Notes: generated by a model from the sequence alone, not told the origin. DNA of 64,000 nt from Candidatus Poseidoniaceae archaeon (GCA_949373075.1 CASIBX010000002.1:1019-65018), one strand, 5' to 3'. Positions 29,131 through 39,637 are shown, counted from the stretch's first letter. Translations and numbers: made by a program.

Positions 29131-30906
29131 TCACGTATCGATAATGCCTGTTTGAACAGCCCACATTCTAGCGTAAGCGCCTTCTAACTGAACCAACTCT
29201 TCGTGAGTTCCATCTTCTATGACATCTCCATTGTCTAAAACTAAAATTCTGTCTGCTTGCCTAACAGTTGATAGTCTGTGAGCGATGATAATCGCAGTTC
29301 TATCGATTGAAACTTTACTAATTGAGCGCTGTAATGCTGCCTCGGTTTCGTTATCTACCGCAGAAGTCGCTTCATCCAAAATTAGAACCGGGGCATCTTT
29401 TAGAATCGCTCTTGCAATCGCTAACCTCTGTCTTTGTCCACCTGATAAACGATGTCCACCCTCTCCGACTAGTGTACTCCAACCGTCCGGTAAATCCTCA
29501 ATGAACTGAGACGCTTCTGCAATCAAACCTGCAGATTTCACATCTTCATCAGATGCTTCAGGAAGGCCATATCTAATATTCTCAAGAATTGTAGTTGGGA
29601 AGAGGGTGATGTGTTGGTCGACCAAGGCCATCGATGAGCGTAAAGTTTGCAAATTCCATTCCGGTAAGGATTTTCCAGCCCATTCAATTTCGCCCTTATT
29701 CGGTTCAGCGAATCTTAGTAATAGCTTGACTAAGGTTGTTTTTCCAGAACCGGTGGCTCCAACAATCCCCGTAGTAGTTCCGGCTTTGAATGTTAAATCA
29801 AGTCCTTCAAATGTCTTATCACGGCCAGTATAAGCAAAGTGAACATCGTTCATTGCAATATCAGCGTTAGCAATATCCTGTCTATTCGGGGCGAAATCCC
29901 CTTGCTTAAGTTCAGTCGGGGAAGTCAATACGTCAAGCACTCTAGTCGAGGAAGCCATAGCTCTTTGGTACAAATCAAAAGTTTCTCCAAGCCTAGTAAG
30001 AGGCCAAAGTAATCTTTGAGTCATGAAGACCAGTACTGAGTATGCCCCAACAGCTAGAACTCCATCGAGAGTTAGCCAGCCGCCTAGTAGCAGTGTTGCC
30101 GTAAATCCACAGAGAATTGCCATCCTGATCATTGGTACGAAAGCGACAGATAATCGAATTGCCTTTTTATTCGCATTCCGATATTCATTACTCAAATCTT
30201 CAACACGTTGCAACTCTCTATCTTCTGCTGTGAAAGATTGAATAGTCGACATCCCCGAAAGGTCGTTTTCTAGCAATGCATTCAATCGTCCTGCAGTATT
30301 CCTAACCTCTGCATATCTTGGCTCCAGGCTTCTCTGGTAAAGGAAAGAGCCCCATACGATGATCGGTATGGGTAGGACTGCAAATAGGGCAACCTTCCAG
30401 GAGATCGCCAAAAATACCGCGCCCACTACTATCACAGTCGTTGTTACCTGAAGAAAATCATTAGCACCTTTATCCAAAAACCTCTCCAGTTGATTGATAT
30501 CATCATTGAGGATTGCTAAAATATCTCCTTTTTGCCTTTCATCGAACCAGCCCATTCCTTGTTTTTGTACGTGGCCAAATGTTTCCAAGCGTAACTCGTG
30601 CTGCACAGTTTGTGCTAAATTTCTCCACAAAATTCCATAGAAATATTCGAATAATGATTCAAGTCCCCAAATTATGAATGTTAGTACCGACAGGAAAATC
30701 AATTGATGCCAGGGGTCTGACATCCCGTATCCTGCAATGAATGATTCTTCTTTGAGAACCACTACATCTACAGCGAGTCCGATTAAAAGTGGGGGGGCCA
30801 AATCCCAAATTTTATTCAGTACTGAACAGAATGTTGCTAGACGAATAGTCCCCTTGTGAGGGGTCATATATCGCAATAACCGTTTGAACGGACCTACCTC
30901 TCCCAT
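29131..30906 (-). CDS. ABC transporter, fused permease/ATP-binding protein (ABCB/MsbA-type exporter)
   Basis: 591 aa. A six-helix TMD, then an NBD with Walker A GATGSGKTT, signature LSGGQRQRLAIARA and Walker B ILILDEATSA. Confidence 0.9.
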   Translation of the reverse strand: MGEVGPFKRLLRYMTPHKGTIRLATFCSVLNKIWDLAPPLLIGLAVDVVVLKEESFIAGYGMSDPWHQLIFLSVLTFIIWGLESLFEYFYGILWRNLAQTVQHELRLETFGHVQKQGMGWFDERQKGDILAILNDDINQLERFLDKGANDFLQVTTTVIVVGAVFLAISWKVALFAVLPIPIIVWGSFLYQRSLEPRYAEVRNTAGRLNALLENDLSGMSTIQSFTAEDRELQRVEDLSNEYRNANKKAIRLSVAFVPMIRMAILCGFTATLLLGGWLTLDGVLAVGAYSVLVFMTQRLLWPLTRLGETFDLYQRAMASSTRVLDVLTSPTELKQGDFAPNRQDIANADIAMNDVHFAYTGRDKTFEGLDLTFKAGTTTGIVGATGSGKTTLVKLLLRFAEPNKGEIEWAGKSLPEWNLQTLRSSMALVDQHITLFPTTILENIRYGLPEASDEDVKSAGLIAEASQFIEDLPDGWSTLVGEGGHRLSGGQRQRLAIARAILKDAPVLILDEATSAVDNETEAALQRSISKVSIDRTAIIIAHRLSTVRQADRILVLDNGDVIEDGTHEELVQLEGAYARMWAVQTGIIDT

Positions 30907-31024
30907 GGCCCGGCTAATGGTCTAGAATATGAGAATGCTCGTATGCAAAATTAATACATCAAGTGATTATGATTGCCTAAAATTGAAGGCGAACCCTAAT
31001 CAGGTGCCTTTTGAACCGCAAAAC

Positions 31025-31453
31025 ATGGAGTGGACGCGTAGTGGAGAGGACCTGTTTGTTAGAATCGACCCCGATGAAGAAATTCATTCATCTTTGCAAA
31101 GCTTAGCTGATGAAGTAGGGTTTGATGCCGCAGCAATTACGAGCGGCATTGGGCGTACACGAGATAACAAATATGGATACATGAACGAAGAGGGAGTATA
31201 TCAGCGCAGACCGCTCGATGCACCTTCAGAATTGGTAAGCCTATCTGGAAATATTGCTAGGACGCAAGAGGGCGCGGCTTTCACTCACATCCATTGTTGT
31301 TGGTCAGATGATGACAACAATGTCCATGCGGGACACATGTTCCAGGCCACAGTTCATGTAGTTGCAGAGATACACATCCGTATCCTATCTCAAGCGATAA
31401 TGACACGTTGTCCTTTAGCCGACTTTGAACTTCTCGGCTTACAATTTTCGTGA
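31025..31453 (+). CDS. PPC (DUF296) domain protein
   Basis: ELVSLSGNIARTQEGAAFTHIHCCWSDDDNNVHAGHMFQATVHVVAEIHI matches the conserved HxH...GGH core of the PPC/DUF296 fold. I chose an internal Met start; the track ORF begins at 30929. Confidence 0.55.
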   Translation: MEWTRSGEDLFVRIDPDEEIHSSLQSLADEVGFDAAAITSGIGRTRDNKYGYMNEEGVYQRRPLDAPSELVSLSGNIARTQEGAAFTHIHCCWSDDDNNVHAGHMFQATVHVVAEIHIRILSQAIMTRCPLADFELLGLQFS

Positions 31454-31484
31454 AGTTCATACCCTATGGTGTGGGTGAATAGAC

Positions 31485-33503
31485 ATGGCCGAGGCGGAGC
31501 GAATCCAATATCTGGCCGAGGCGGTCAGGTATCATCGTGAATTGTACTACAATCACGCTGCACCAGAGATTAGCGATGTTGAATTCGACAAACTTTGGGA
31601 TGAATTAAAACAACTAGACCCGGACAATTCAATTTTACACCAAGTTGGCCCTGAGCCATTACCTGGAACTGTAAAAGTCGAGCACATGTTCCCCATGCGC
31701 TCTCTTGACAAAGGGGTTTCAGATGACGATATAGTCCACTTTGTAACCCAATCTACATTCGGCGGTAAGAGGTATCTTGCGCAACCGAAACTAGACGGGT
31801 CAGCCCTTTCGCTGGAGTATGTTGCTGGCAATCTTCATCGCGCAGCAACAAGGGGTAGTGGTGAAAGAGGAGAGGATGTAACTCTCAATGCTAAATTAGT
31901 TGCCAATGTTCCTTTGCGTCTTAATGCCGCAATAGATTGTCATGTGCGTGGCGAAGTAGTTATGCCATTGGCAATATTCGATCAAAAGTACAGTGAGATT
32001 TCTCCTAACCCAAGAAATCTTTGTTCAGGGGCACTACGTCAAAAACACGGCGACGGTAAGGCCGATGCCGCCGATTTGGTATTCCAAGCCTATGATGTGA
32101 AATTTCCAAAAGATGCTCCTGAAATGTCAAATGATAGCGAGTTACTTTCATGGTTACAAAAAGCAGGTATTGAGCCTGCTCCCTGGCAAATATTCGAATC
32201 TTTAACCCCACAAAAAGAAATGATTGACTATACCGTAGAATGGAGATCAAAACGCTCTTCTTATGAATATGAAATCGACGGCATCGTATTCAAATTAGAC
32301 GATTTAGAACAACGTGAGATTCTTGGAATGACCGCCCACCATCCACGATGGGCTCTAGCATGGAAGTTCCCTTCGCAAGAAGCACAATCAGTTTTGCTAG
32401 ATGTCGATTGGCAAACCGGTAGGACAGGTGCAATAACTCCCGTAGCGAGGATTGCACCACAAATGGTTGGAGGGGTTACTGTGGAGAACGTTACTCTCCA
32501 TAATGTGGGCGAAGTCGAGCGCCTAGGTGTCAGAATTGGCGATAAGGTGACTATTACGCGACGAGGAGATGTTATTCCAAAAATAATAGAAAATTTGGGC
32601 AGGGCAAACAATAGCGATATGTCCGGTAGGTTCCATGCAGACGGCACATCCTTCATTGGAGAATTATCTCATGGAGACATAGTGATTCCAAGCGAATGTC
32701 CCGCCTGTAACCGAGAATTAACTACGGAAGGGGCCTTCTTGAGATGTATCGCTTTGGAATGCGACGCTAGAGTAGCAAGGGCGCTAACATACTGGTGTCG
32801 CACTCTCGAGATGGACGGTATAGGAGAGAAATTGATTGAAGCCCTACTCGAAAAAGGCTTAGTTGGAGATATAGCGGATTTGTATAAAATCACCCATTCT
32901 CAGATTACAGAATTAGATAGGATGGGCGATAAGAGCGCCTACAATGTTCTAGATGAACTTGCTAAAACTAGAACACTGAACCTAGCGAAATTTCTTCATG
33001 CCTTGGGAATGGAAAGGATTGGGCCTGAAGTAGCCACAACCATATCTCAGCATTTTACTTCCTTAGACAAACTCCTTCATTGGTCAGATGAGGGAGACGA
33101 TGATGAACTCACTACTATCGACGGAATAGGTGACAAGGTGGCAGCTATTTTCAGAGATGGAATCCTAAAGAGGCGTACTTTGATTGATGAACTTACATAT
33201 ATGATAAAAATTACAGATGAATCTCAAGCAGTAAGTGGGAAATTCGATGGAAAGACATTCTGCATCACAGGTTCTCTTACAAGACCAAGAAAGGAAATCA
33301 CTCTTGCAATAAAGAACGCTGGCGGAAAAGTAGTAGCCAGTGTAAGTGGAAGTTTAGACATTCTAATTGCGGGGGAAAAGGCCGGTTCAAAATTGGCGAA
33401 GTCACAGGCCCTTGAAATAGAGATTTGGACTGAAGAACAATTGTTCAAAGAAATCGTAGAGCCCCATAAAAGCCCTAGGACACTTTTCGATTATGACAGG
33501 TGA
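31485..33503 (+). CDS. ligA: NAD-dependent DNA ligase LigA
   Basis: 672 aa. Domain Ia N-terminus; adenylation lysine in QPKLDGSALSLEY; a Cys4 zinc finger (CPACNRELTTEGAFLRCIALEC); HhH repeats; a C-terminal BRCT (FCITGSLTRPR...). Confidence 0.9.
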   Translation: MAEAERIQYLAEAVRYHRELYYNHAAPEISDVEFDKLWDELKQLDPDNSILHQVGPEPLPGTVKVEHMFPMRSLDKGVSDDDIVHFVTQSTFGGKRYLAQPKLDGSALSLEYVAGNLHRAATRGSGERGEDVTLNAKLVANVPLRLNAAIDCHVRGEVVMPLAIFDQKYSEISPNPRNLCSGALRQKHGDGKADAADLVFQAYDVKFPKDAPEMSNDSELLSWLQKAGIEPAPWQIFESLTPQKEMIDYTVEWRSKRSSYEYEIDGIVFKLDDLEQREILGMTAHHPRWALAWKFPSQEAQSVLLDVDWQTGRTGAITPVARIAPQMVGGVTVENVTLHNVGEVERLGVRIGDKVTITRRGDVIPKIIENLGRANNSDMSGRFHADGTSFIGELSHGDIVIPSECPACNRELTTEGAFLRCIALECDARVARALTYWCRTLEMDGIGEKLIEALLEKGLVGDIADLYKITHSQITELDRMGDKSAYNVLDELAKTRTLNLAKFLHALGMERIGPEVATTISQHFTSLDKLLHWSDEGDDDELTTIDGIGDKVAAIFRDGILKRRTLIDELTYMIKITDESQAVSGKFDGKTFCITGSLTRPRKEITLAIKNAGGKVVASVSGSLDILIAGEKAGSKLAKSQALEIEIWTEEQLFKEIVEPHKSPRTLFDYDR

Positions 33504-33578
33504 GCAGCGTTCATAAAACCGAAGAAAGTAAAACCGTTATACCAACCCTTTGATAACCAAAGTGCCAGTGGAATAACT

Positions 33579-36005
33579 GTGAATCGAAAACTCGTCCCTC
33601 TAACATTAGTTCTGATACTGTTGTTTTCCATGACCCCGCTTACTTCAGGTAATAGCAACGGGATTTACAGCTCAGGGAGCGGCTGCGGAGGAGCATACTG
33701 TCATGGATCCAACACCAACGCCGTAGTTTCGATGTCTGGACAGCCAGCTAGTTATACTCCTGGGCAAACCTACACACTTTCAATTTCAGTAACAGGTGGT
33801 GCTAGTGCTACCCAAGGAGGCTTCAGTTTAGATGTAAGCACGGGTACTCTTTCAGCAGGTGGAATCGGAATAATGGCCGTTAAGGTAAATTCTGGAGGTA
33901 CTAGTGCTACTCACACAACCAACAGTTATCGAAGTTGGAGCGTAGACTGGATTGCACCATCTTCTGGTTCAGGTGTGGCAATTTTTGATTTAGCAGGAAA
34001 TGCTGCGGATGGTAACGGTTACAACAGTAACGATAATTGGGACGCAGTTAGTTACCAAGTGCCTGAAGCTGGCGCACCTAGTAACAGTCCACCTTCTGCA
34101 TCAAACTTGCAACTAAGCCCCTCAAATCCAGTTACTACAGACACACTATCACTAACTTATTCTTATCAGGACCCAGAAGGAGATGCTGAGAGTGGCACTA
34201 CAATCCATTGGTACAAGGATGGAGTTTTGGAGAGTTCCAGAAATAATCAAACCACGGTTCCTAGTTCCTTAACCACCAAAGGAGAGTCATGGAATGTGAC
34301 AGTTATTCCTAGTGATGGAATGGATGATGGAAATGCAATTGACTCATACGTAATAGTTGTCGACAACTCGATTCCAACAGTATTGAGTGCTTCAATAACA
34401 CCTTCTGATGCGACAGAAAGTGATGATCTTACACTCGGTTGGAGTTCGGCAGATGCAGATAATGATGTACTTTCTAATGAAATCGAATGGTATGTCGATG
34501 ACTCCAAAGTCTCAGCCTTCGACAATGATGTAACTATTCCATCTGTTGCGATAAGAGATGGTGATGATTGGTATGCAAAAATAAGAGTTAACGATGGAGA
34601 AGCCGACAGCGCTTGGCTAACAACTCAAACTATCACAATCGGCAGTGACAACACTCCGCCAACAATGTCTAGTGTCACTTTGAATGGCCCTTATACTACT
34701 CTTGACGATCTGGTTGCAACAGCGGTTGGAAATGACTTAGACGGCGATTCTCTAACCTATGAGTGGGAGTGGATCGGCGCTCCATTTACAACACCAACTC
34801 TGCCTGCATCTCAAACCAGTAAAGGAGAATCATGGAGTGTAAAGTGCAGGGTTACCGACGGCGCAGTATATTCTGAATGGCTTGAGAGCAATTCAGTGGT
34901 TATTCAAAACACAGCTCCGATTTTGCTAAGCCTATCCATCGAACAGGAAACAATATTTTTCGAGAGTGAAGCAACCTATGTTTATGAAGCATCAGATGTT
35001 GATGGAGATGTAATATTTACAAACGAAGTTTGGTCTTTAGATGGCGATTTACTGACTTTGACTTTGACAGTAACTGATGATGAAATGAGCCAATCCTCAG
35101 CATTATCAGATACTGTGTTGATTGTAAATACCCCTCCAATTGCATCTTATGATGGGCCTACTAGTCAAGACGCTTTGACAGAAATTAATCCCACAATTTC
35201 CACCGATGATGCCAATGGTGATTTAGTTACAATATCCTGGATTTGGATGAGAAACGGTTTCACCACAGACTTCAATCAGAGTCAAATCCCGGTTTCAAAT
35301 TTAGGTGCAGGGGATACTTGGACCGCATTCATCACTCCGAATGATGGAATGGATGACGGGCAAGTTTTAGTGGTTGATTTTGCAATCTCCAATACAGAAC
35401 CTAATGCTGTAATCTCCGCCCCCGAAACCCTGATTCAAGGAGCCGACGTTACATTCTCTGCTGTCAATTCTACGGATGTTGATGGCGCAGTAGTAAATGC
35501 AATTTGGAGTGTTGGAGGAATGATAGTCCACAATGGAATGACCTTTACTACATTGATGAGTGACCAATTAACAATTCAAGTCAAAGTAATCGATGATATG
35601 GGTGCAACAGATACTGTGTCGGAAAGTTTCAGCGGAGAATTACCACCCTATGCCACTAATACGGAAGCGAAGGTCGATGGAACTAGAATTGTTTTGACGT
35701 GGGAAGGAGACTCCAATGAATGGGCGATTATTCACAATGGTGAGGTCATTGATACAACTACTTCAACCACTTACCGCCACTCTCCAACCATGGAAGGAGA
35801 GCACAGGTACAATGTAATTCCAGTCATTGATGGTCAACAAATTCAATGGGAAAGCGAAGGATCAACAGATATTGCAGAACTCAGTTCCAGCAATGTTCCT
35901 GAAGCGCCAGGTCCAAGTGAAAATATAGGGATGATATTCAGTATTGTATTATTGTTGGTAGGAATTACTGGCGTAGTATTTTCATTTATTCCAAGGAGGG
36001 ATTAA
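33579..36005 (+). CDS. secreted/anchored protein with tandem ~90 aa Ig-like repeats and an N-proximal CGGAYCH motif
   Basis: A signal peptide, then SGSGCGGAYCHGS. At least four internal repeats share the pattern DxDGD...W...KGE(S/T)W...DG. A C-terminal hydrophobic helix ends in PRRD. Confidence 0.6.
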   Translation: MNRKLVPLTLVLILLFSMTPLTSGNSNGIYSSGSGCGGAYCHGSNTNAVVSMSGQPASYTPGQTYTLSISVTGGASATQGGFSLDVSTGTLSAGGIGIMAVKVNSGGTSATHTTNSYRSWSVDWIAPSSGSGVAIFDLAGNAADGNGYNSNDNWDAVSYQVPEAGAPSNSPPSASNLQLSPSNPVTTDTLSLTYSYQDPEGDAESGTTIHWYKDGVLESSRNNQTTVPSSLTTKGESWNVTVIPSDGMDDGNAIDSYVIVVDNSIPTVLSASITPSDATESDDLTLGWSSADADNDVLSNEIEWYVDDSKVSAFDNDVTIPSVAIRDGDDWYAKIRVNDGEADSAWLTTQTITIGSDNTPPTMSSVTLNGPYTTLDDLVATAVGNDLDGDSLTYEWEWIGAPFTTPTLPASQTSKGESWSVKCRVTDGAVYSEWLESNSVVIQNTAPILLSLSIEQETIFFESEATYVYEASDVDGDVIFTNEVWSLDGDLLTLTLTVTDDEMSQSSALSDTVLIVNTPPIASYDGPTSQDALTEINPTISTDDANGDLVTISWIWMRNGFTTDFNQSQIPVSNLGAGDTWTAFITPNDGMDDGQVLVVDFAISNTEPNAVISAPETLIQGADVTFSAVNSTDVDGAVVNAIWSVGGMIVHNGMTFTTLMSDQLTIQVKVIDDMGATDTVSESFSGELPPYATNTEAKVDGTRIVLTWEGDSNEWAIIHNGEVIDTTTSTTYRHSPTMEGEHRYNVIPVIDGQQIQWESEGSTDIAELSSSNVPEAPGPSENIGMIFSIVLLLVGITGVVFSFIPRRD

Positions 36006-37115
36006 ATGAGATTAAAAATAGTAGTGGTATTGATTTTGTTAGTACTTTCAACTACAATATCTACTGCTAACCCGGGCGGTAAAGGAGACGATGTACGCTC
36101 AAGGGATTGTGCGGGTTCATGCCATGCATCTTCTTCATCAAATGGGATATCTACTGCGATTCTTGACATTCATTTCCCCGATGAGGTATATGCGGGGCTG
36201 TTGATTGAAGTTCAAACCTCAGTTGGAGAGGTCGAGGTAAGCTCGACCAATATGGTTGGACTGGCGTTGTTGATTAATTCTGATGGCGCTAAAGATCTCC
36301 CTGCCAATGAAGGCTGGGAGATTATTACAGACCCTAATGGTGGGACGAATAATTATGTCGAAATTTCAGATTCATTCTCTTCTCAGAACACAGTGAATCG
36401 TAGTTGGACATTGCGGGCTCCATCTGAACCAGGGATATACGAGTTGTATCTTGCAGTTCAACACGGTACGCCTGAGGGAGGAGTTGCTATGAGTGGTATC
36501 TCTGAGATAAATACAGTATTTGTTGAGGAAGTACCAGAAAACCTTCCACGATTAGCCGATGACTGGAAACCCACCAACGTTAGAGGAATTGGCGAGGAGA
36601 CTACAATTACAATTGAAACAATCAATGCAGAGTCCATTACTGTTGAATTGATGAATGGTGCTGAAATAGTTACTATTCCCGTGGAAGATAATCAATTTAT
36701 AATTCCTGCATCAGTTAATCCAGGAATAGTCCAATGGCGGGTTATTCTGGAAGGTGAGGGGCCAACTCAAACCTCCCCGTGGTTCCGATTGACCGCTCAA
36801 GAACCGGGTTGGGAAATCGATGAAACAGCACTGTATCTACAGGGCATAGCGATGTTCTTGCTATTCGCAGGTCTTGTTTTAATGCGCAGACCAGCAGGTG
36901 AAGACATAGTCAAAAATTATGATAATACCGCCGATATCTCAGTTGAGATAACCCCCGCCCAAAGCGTAGAAGTTGTTTCAAACTCAACCGAAACAGAGGA
37001 CGCAATTTCTTCTCCTCCGCTACCAGAAGATGGCTTACCTGCGGGATGGACCATGGAGCAGTGGGAATATTATGGTCAAGAGCATTTAGAGAAAATATCA
37101 CGAGGTGAAATTTGA
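36006..37115 (+). CDS. membrane-anchored secreted protein with an N-proximal CAGSCH motif
   Basis: A signal peptide, then RSRDCAGSCHASS, a beta-rich domain, a TM helix (LYLQGIAMFLLFAGLVLM) and a roughly 70 aa cytoplasmic tail. Its start abuts the upstream stop, and its stop overlaps the next ORF. Confidence 0.5.
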   Translation: MRLKIVVVLILLVLSTTISTANPGGKGDDVRSRDCAGSCHASSSSNGISTAILDIHFPDEVYAGLLIEVQTSVGEVEVSSTNMVGLALLINSDGAKDLPANEGWEIITDPNGGTNNYVEISDSFSSQNTVNRSWTLRAPSEPGIYELYLAVQHGTPEGGVAMSGISEINTVFVEEVPENLPRLADDWKPTNVRGIGEETTITIETINAESITVELMNGAEIVTIPVEDNQFIIPASVNPGIVQWRVILEGEGPTQTSPWFRLTAQEPGWEIDETALYLQGIAMFLLFAGLVLMRRPAGEDIVKNYDNTADISVEITPAQSVEVVSNSTETEDAISSPPLPEDGLPAGWTMEQWEYYGQEHLEKISRGEI

Positions 37116-37624
37116 TGATATCTTCAGGTACCTTACACGTCATTTCTACTGAATTAACAGTCGGGATGTTTGCCTTGTCCGGAGTTGCTTTCCTTCTTTG
37201 TCTCCTTCAAAAAGGCCCTATTTCACGTGAAGCAGTGGCTCATTGGGCTCTTTTAGGAGGACTTTTGGCTACCCCACTTGCCATTTTCACAGGTATCAAC
37301 GCATCTCCCGGAGATGGATTAGATAACCCGCTCTTAGCAAACAAAATGCTTCTTTCAATGACTTCTGCAGGATTAGCAATCGGTGTTTTGGTAAGGAGAA
37401 AGCGAGGGGGAGATGTCGACTCTAGACACGCAGGTATTGGTATGGTGTCAGTTGCATTGATGTTGACGACTGCAGGAATGGGTGGCGAATACTCACGTAG
37501 TGAAACTCTGCTATTCTTCGTACCGAAAGATACAGTATTCCTATTCCCAATATGGGCTAGTGTGATTTTGATTATTCTAGGACTAGCAATTCTAGGTAAA
37601 TCAGCCATAGAGCATAGAAGTTGA
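37112..37624 (+). CDS. polytopic membrane protein, hypothetical
   Basis: 170 aa with 4-5 hydrophobic helices. Translationally coupled to 36006..37115. Confidence 0.45.
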   Translation: MMISSGTLHVISTELTVGMFALSGVAFLLCLLQKGPISREAVAHWALLGGLLATPLAIFTGINASPGDGLDNPLLANKMLLSMTSAGLAIGVLVRRKRGGDVDSRHAGIGMVSVALMLTTAGMGGEYSRSETLLFFVPKDTVFLFPIWASVILIILGLAILGKSAIEHRS

Positions 37625-38398
37625 AGACGGACTAGGCTCAGATTCAGCTCCGTCCATCATTCCGCGAATTTGCTCTTCCAATTGTTGCGCTTCCTTTAGC
37701 AGAGGCCCATGGTCCAAATCAGCAACTGGTAACATCTTGTTCAAGTGCTGAATGATTACTGCTGCTGCTCTAGCATCAGGGAATCTAGGATCGGCTTCAA
37801 CCATGATGCTCATGATATTGCGCCCTCTGCTAGCTCCTTCGCTAAGCATGACTCCAGTCATTCCTTTGATTACTCCCTGTTCAAGGAGGGGTATTTCCAT
37901 CGATTCTAACAATTCAGCCATCATAGGGGTTGCTGAAACTCCAAGGACATCAACTTCCTCAGTATCCTCGTATTCGACATGGGGCTCATTTCCATTGAGT
38001 CCACCTTTCATTCCCTTACGTGCAAACGCATCAATTAGAACCCCCATAGCGGCCTTTTCGTTCTTAGACCATGTGAATAATTCATTTACAATTTCATGAA
38101 CAAGGGGGTCAGGAACAATCAATTCACTCATCAATAGCACAACTTTGTCACACCCCTCTATTTTGCAAATAGGTTGACCCGCATATGCGCGAATAGGAGG
38201 GAGAGGGACTCCTTCCTGGACTAGGCTAATAGCTGGTAATTTTGGATGAGTAACTCTTCCAACCAATTCAAGTTCTAAGTGGTCAATCAAAAAATGTGCG
38301 ACTACACTAGACACCATTCCCACGCTTGGGAAACAACAGACTACAAGCGAATCTTCGATATCGACTTCTTTATCGAGCCAGACTTTTGCTCCTTCCAT
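37601..38398 (-). CDS. PAC2-family protein (archaeal proteasome assembly chaperone-like, PbaA/PbaB family)
   Basis: An N-terminal FPSVGMVSSVVAHFLIDHL...PPIRAY segment is typical of the PAC2 family. The C-terminus ends ...SMLYG, a hydrophobic-Tyr-X (HbYX-like) tripeptide. Confidence 0.55.
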   Translation of the reverse strand: MEGAKVWLDKEVDIEDSLVVCCFPSVGMVSSVVAHFLIDHLELELVGRVTHPKLPAISLVQEGVPLPPIRAYAGQPICKIEGCDKVVLLMSELIVPDPLVHEIVNELFTWSKNEKAAMGVLIDAFARKGMKGGLNGNEPHVEYEDTEEVDVLGVSATPMMAELLESMEIPLLEQGVIKGMTGVMLSEGASRGRNIMSIMVEADPRFPDARAAAVIIQHLNKMLPVADLDHGPLLKEAQQLEEQIRGMMDGAESEPSPSSTSMLYG

Positions 38399-38464
38399 GT
38401 GTTAAGGACAGCCATCACCCTGTATAATCTACTCCCTCTTTAGTTCAATGCAATCCCAATCGAT

Positions 38465-39637
38465 TTGAAGGGGGAGTCTCCAAGAGAGTATATGGCCGAG
38501 GTGAGGAAGCATACCCTTTCTCCTTCAGCATGGAACCGTTTCGAGACTTGTCCTCGAATGTATTGGCTTAGCCGTCAAAGATTACCCCGTAAAGCAGGAA
38601 TGGCAGCAAGCGTAGGAACTGCAGTACATGCGTCAGTAGAAGATTTGTTACAAATCGACTTATCGGGCCGCAAACCAGACGAAACTCATTGGTTACCAGA
38701 AATTGCAGAATCATTTCTCAAAGAGCGATGGGAAGAAGAAAAGAAAGTTTTCCTTTCCACACCTCGCAGGCCAATGTGGAAAGAAAAAGAATGGACTAAA
38801 GCTAAGAAAATGCAAAGAGGAGCAATCAAGATGCTTCTAGAATTCGTAGGCGCACCGGGGGTAACTCCTTTGAAAACCACAGTTTCGCTTTGGAAGAGCC
38901 TTCTCTCCAGAGTTATAGCCGTAGAAGGAGAACTTCGAACCAGTGACGACCGTTTAATGGGACGATTAGACATGCTATTTGCAGATGTCAGCGATGATGG
39001 CAGCCTCAATGGGTGGATAGTCGCAGATCTGAAAACAGGTAGGGCGCCAGAAAATGAATTGAAGGCAGAGGTGCAGCGCCAATTACTCCTCTACAGAGAC
39101 ATTCTTCTTTCCAATAATCCTAATGCCCCACCAGTTAAAACTGAGGGTTGGTATACTGCCAATGCAACCCGATATACTGCAGACGGAGAATCTGTTTTGG
39201 AGGACGCTTTGGCTGCTTGGGAAGCTACTAAACCTAGTGAGAAACCACTAGAAGCAACCCCTGGGCAATCGTCTTGCGGTGGTTTTTGTGATTGGAAAGC
39301 ATGGTGTCCTCATTGGTGGAACTGGCGTCTTGAAAATGGAACTTTAGGTAGTGATGACTTTTCTGATGCAGTAATTTTACTACATCATTTTGATGAAACC
39401 AATGGTACTGGTATTGCGGAGATATGTGAGCCAGCAAATGCTGAAGGCAGAGCAATGCCAACGGGTTTACAAATCCCAATCAGTTTTGATGGCCGCGGTA
39501 AAGAGGCATTACAGGAGCTACTTTCAACGGGCCACCAAGGGCCTATTTTTGTTGGAAGTGCTATGACGAATAGAGGTACATGGAGAGTTGGACATTGGTG
39601 CGATGTTCTCGCTTGGTCACCAATCCCTGACGCTTGA
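38465..39637 (+). CDS. Cas4/AddB-family PD-(D/E)xK nuclease with an Fe-S cysteine cluster, stand-alone
   Basis: N-terminal Cys in FETCPRMYWL. RecB-nuclease motifs GTAVHASVE, GRLDML...IVADLKTG and QRQLLLYRD. A C-terminal CGGFCDWKAWC cluster. A roughly 110 aa C-terminal extension. No cas1, cas2 or array was seen. Confidence 0.6.
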   Translation: MKGESPREYMAEVRKHTLSPSAWNRFETCPRMYWLSRQRLPRKAGMAASVGTAVHASVEDLLQIDLSGRKPDETHWLPEIAESFLKERWEEEKKVFLSTPRRPMWKEKEWTKAKKMQRGAIKMLLEFVGAPGVTPLKTTVSLWKSLLSRVIAVEGELRTSDDRLMGRLDMLFADVSDDGSLNGWIVADLKTGRAPENELKAEVQRQLLLYRDILLSNNPNAPPVKTEGWYTANATRYTADGESVLEDALAAWEATKPSEKPLEATPGQSSCGGFCDWKAWCPHWWNWRLENGTLGSDDFSDAVILLHHFDETNGTGIAEICEPANAEGRAMPTGLQIPISFDGRGKEALQELLSTGHQGPIFVGSAMTNRGTWRVGHWCDVLAWSPIPDA

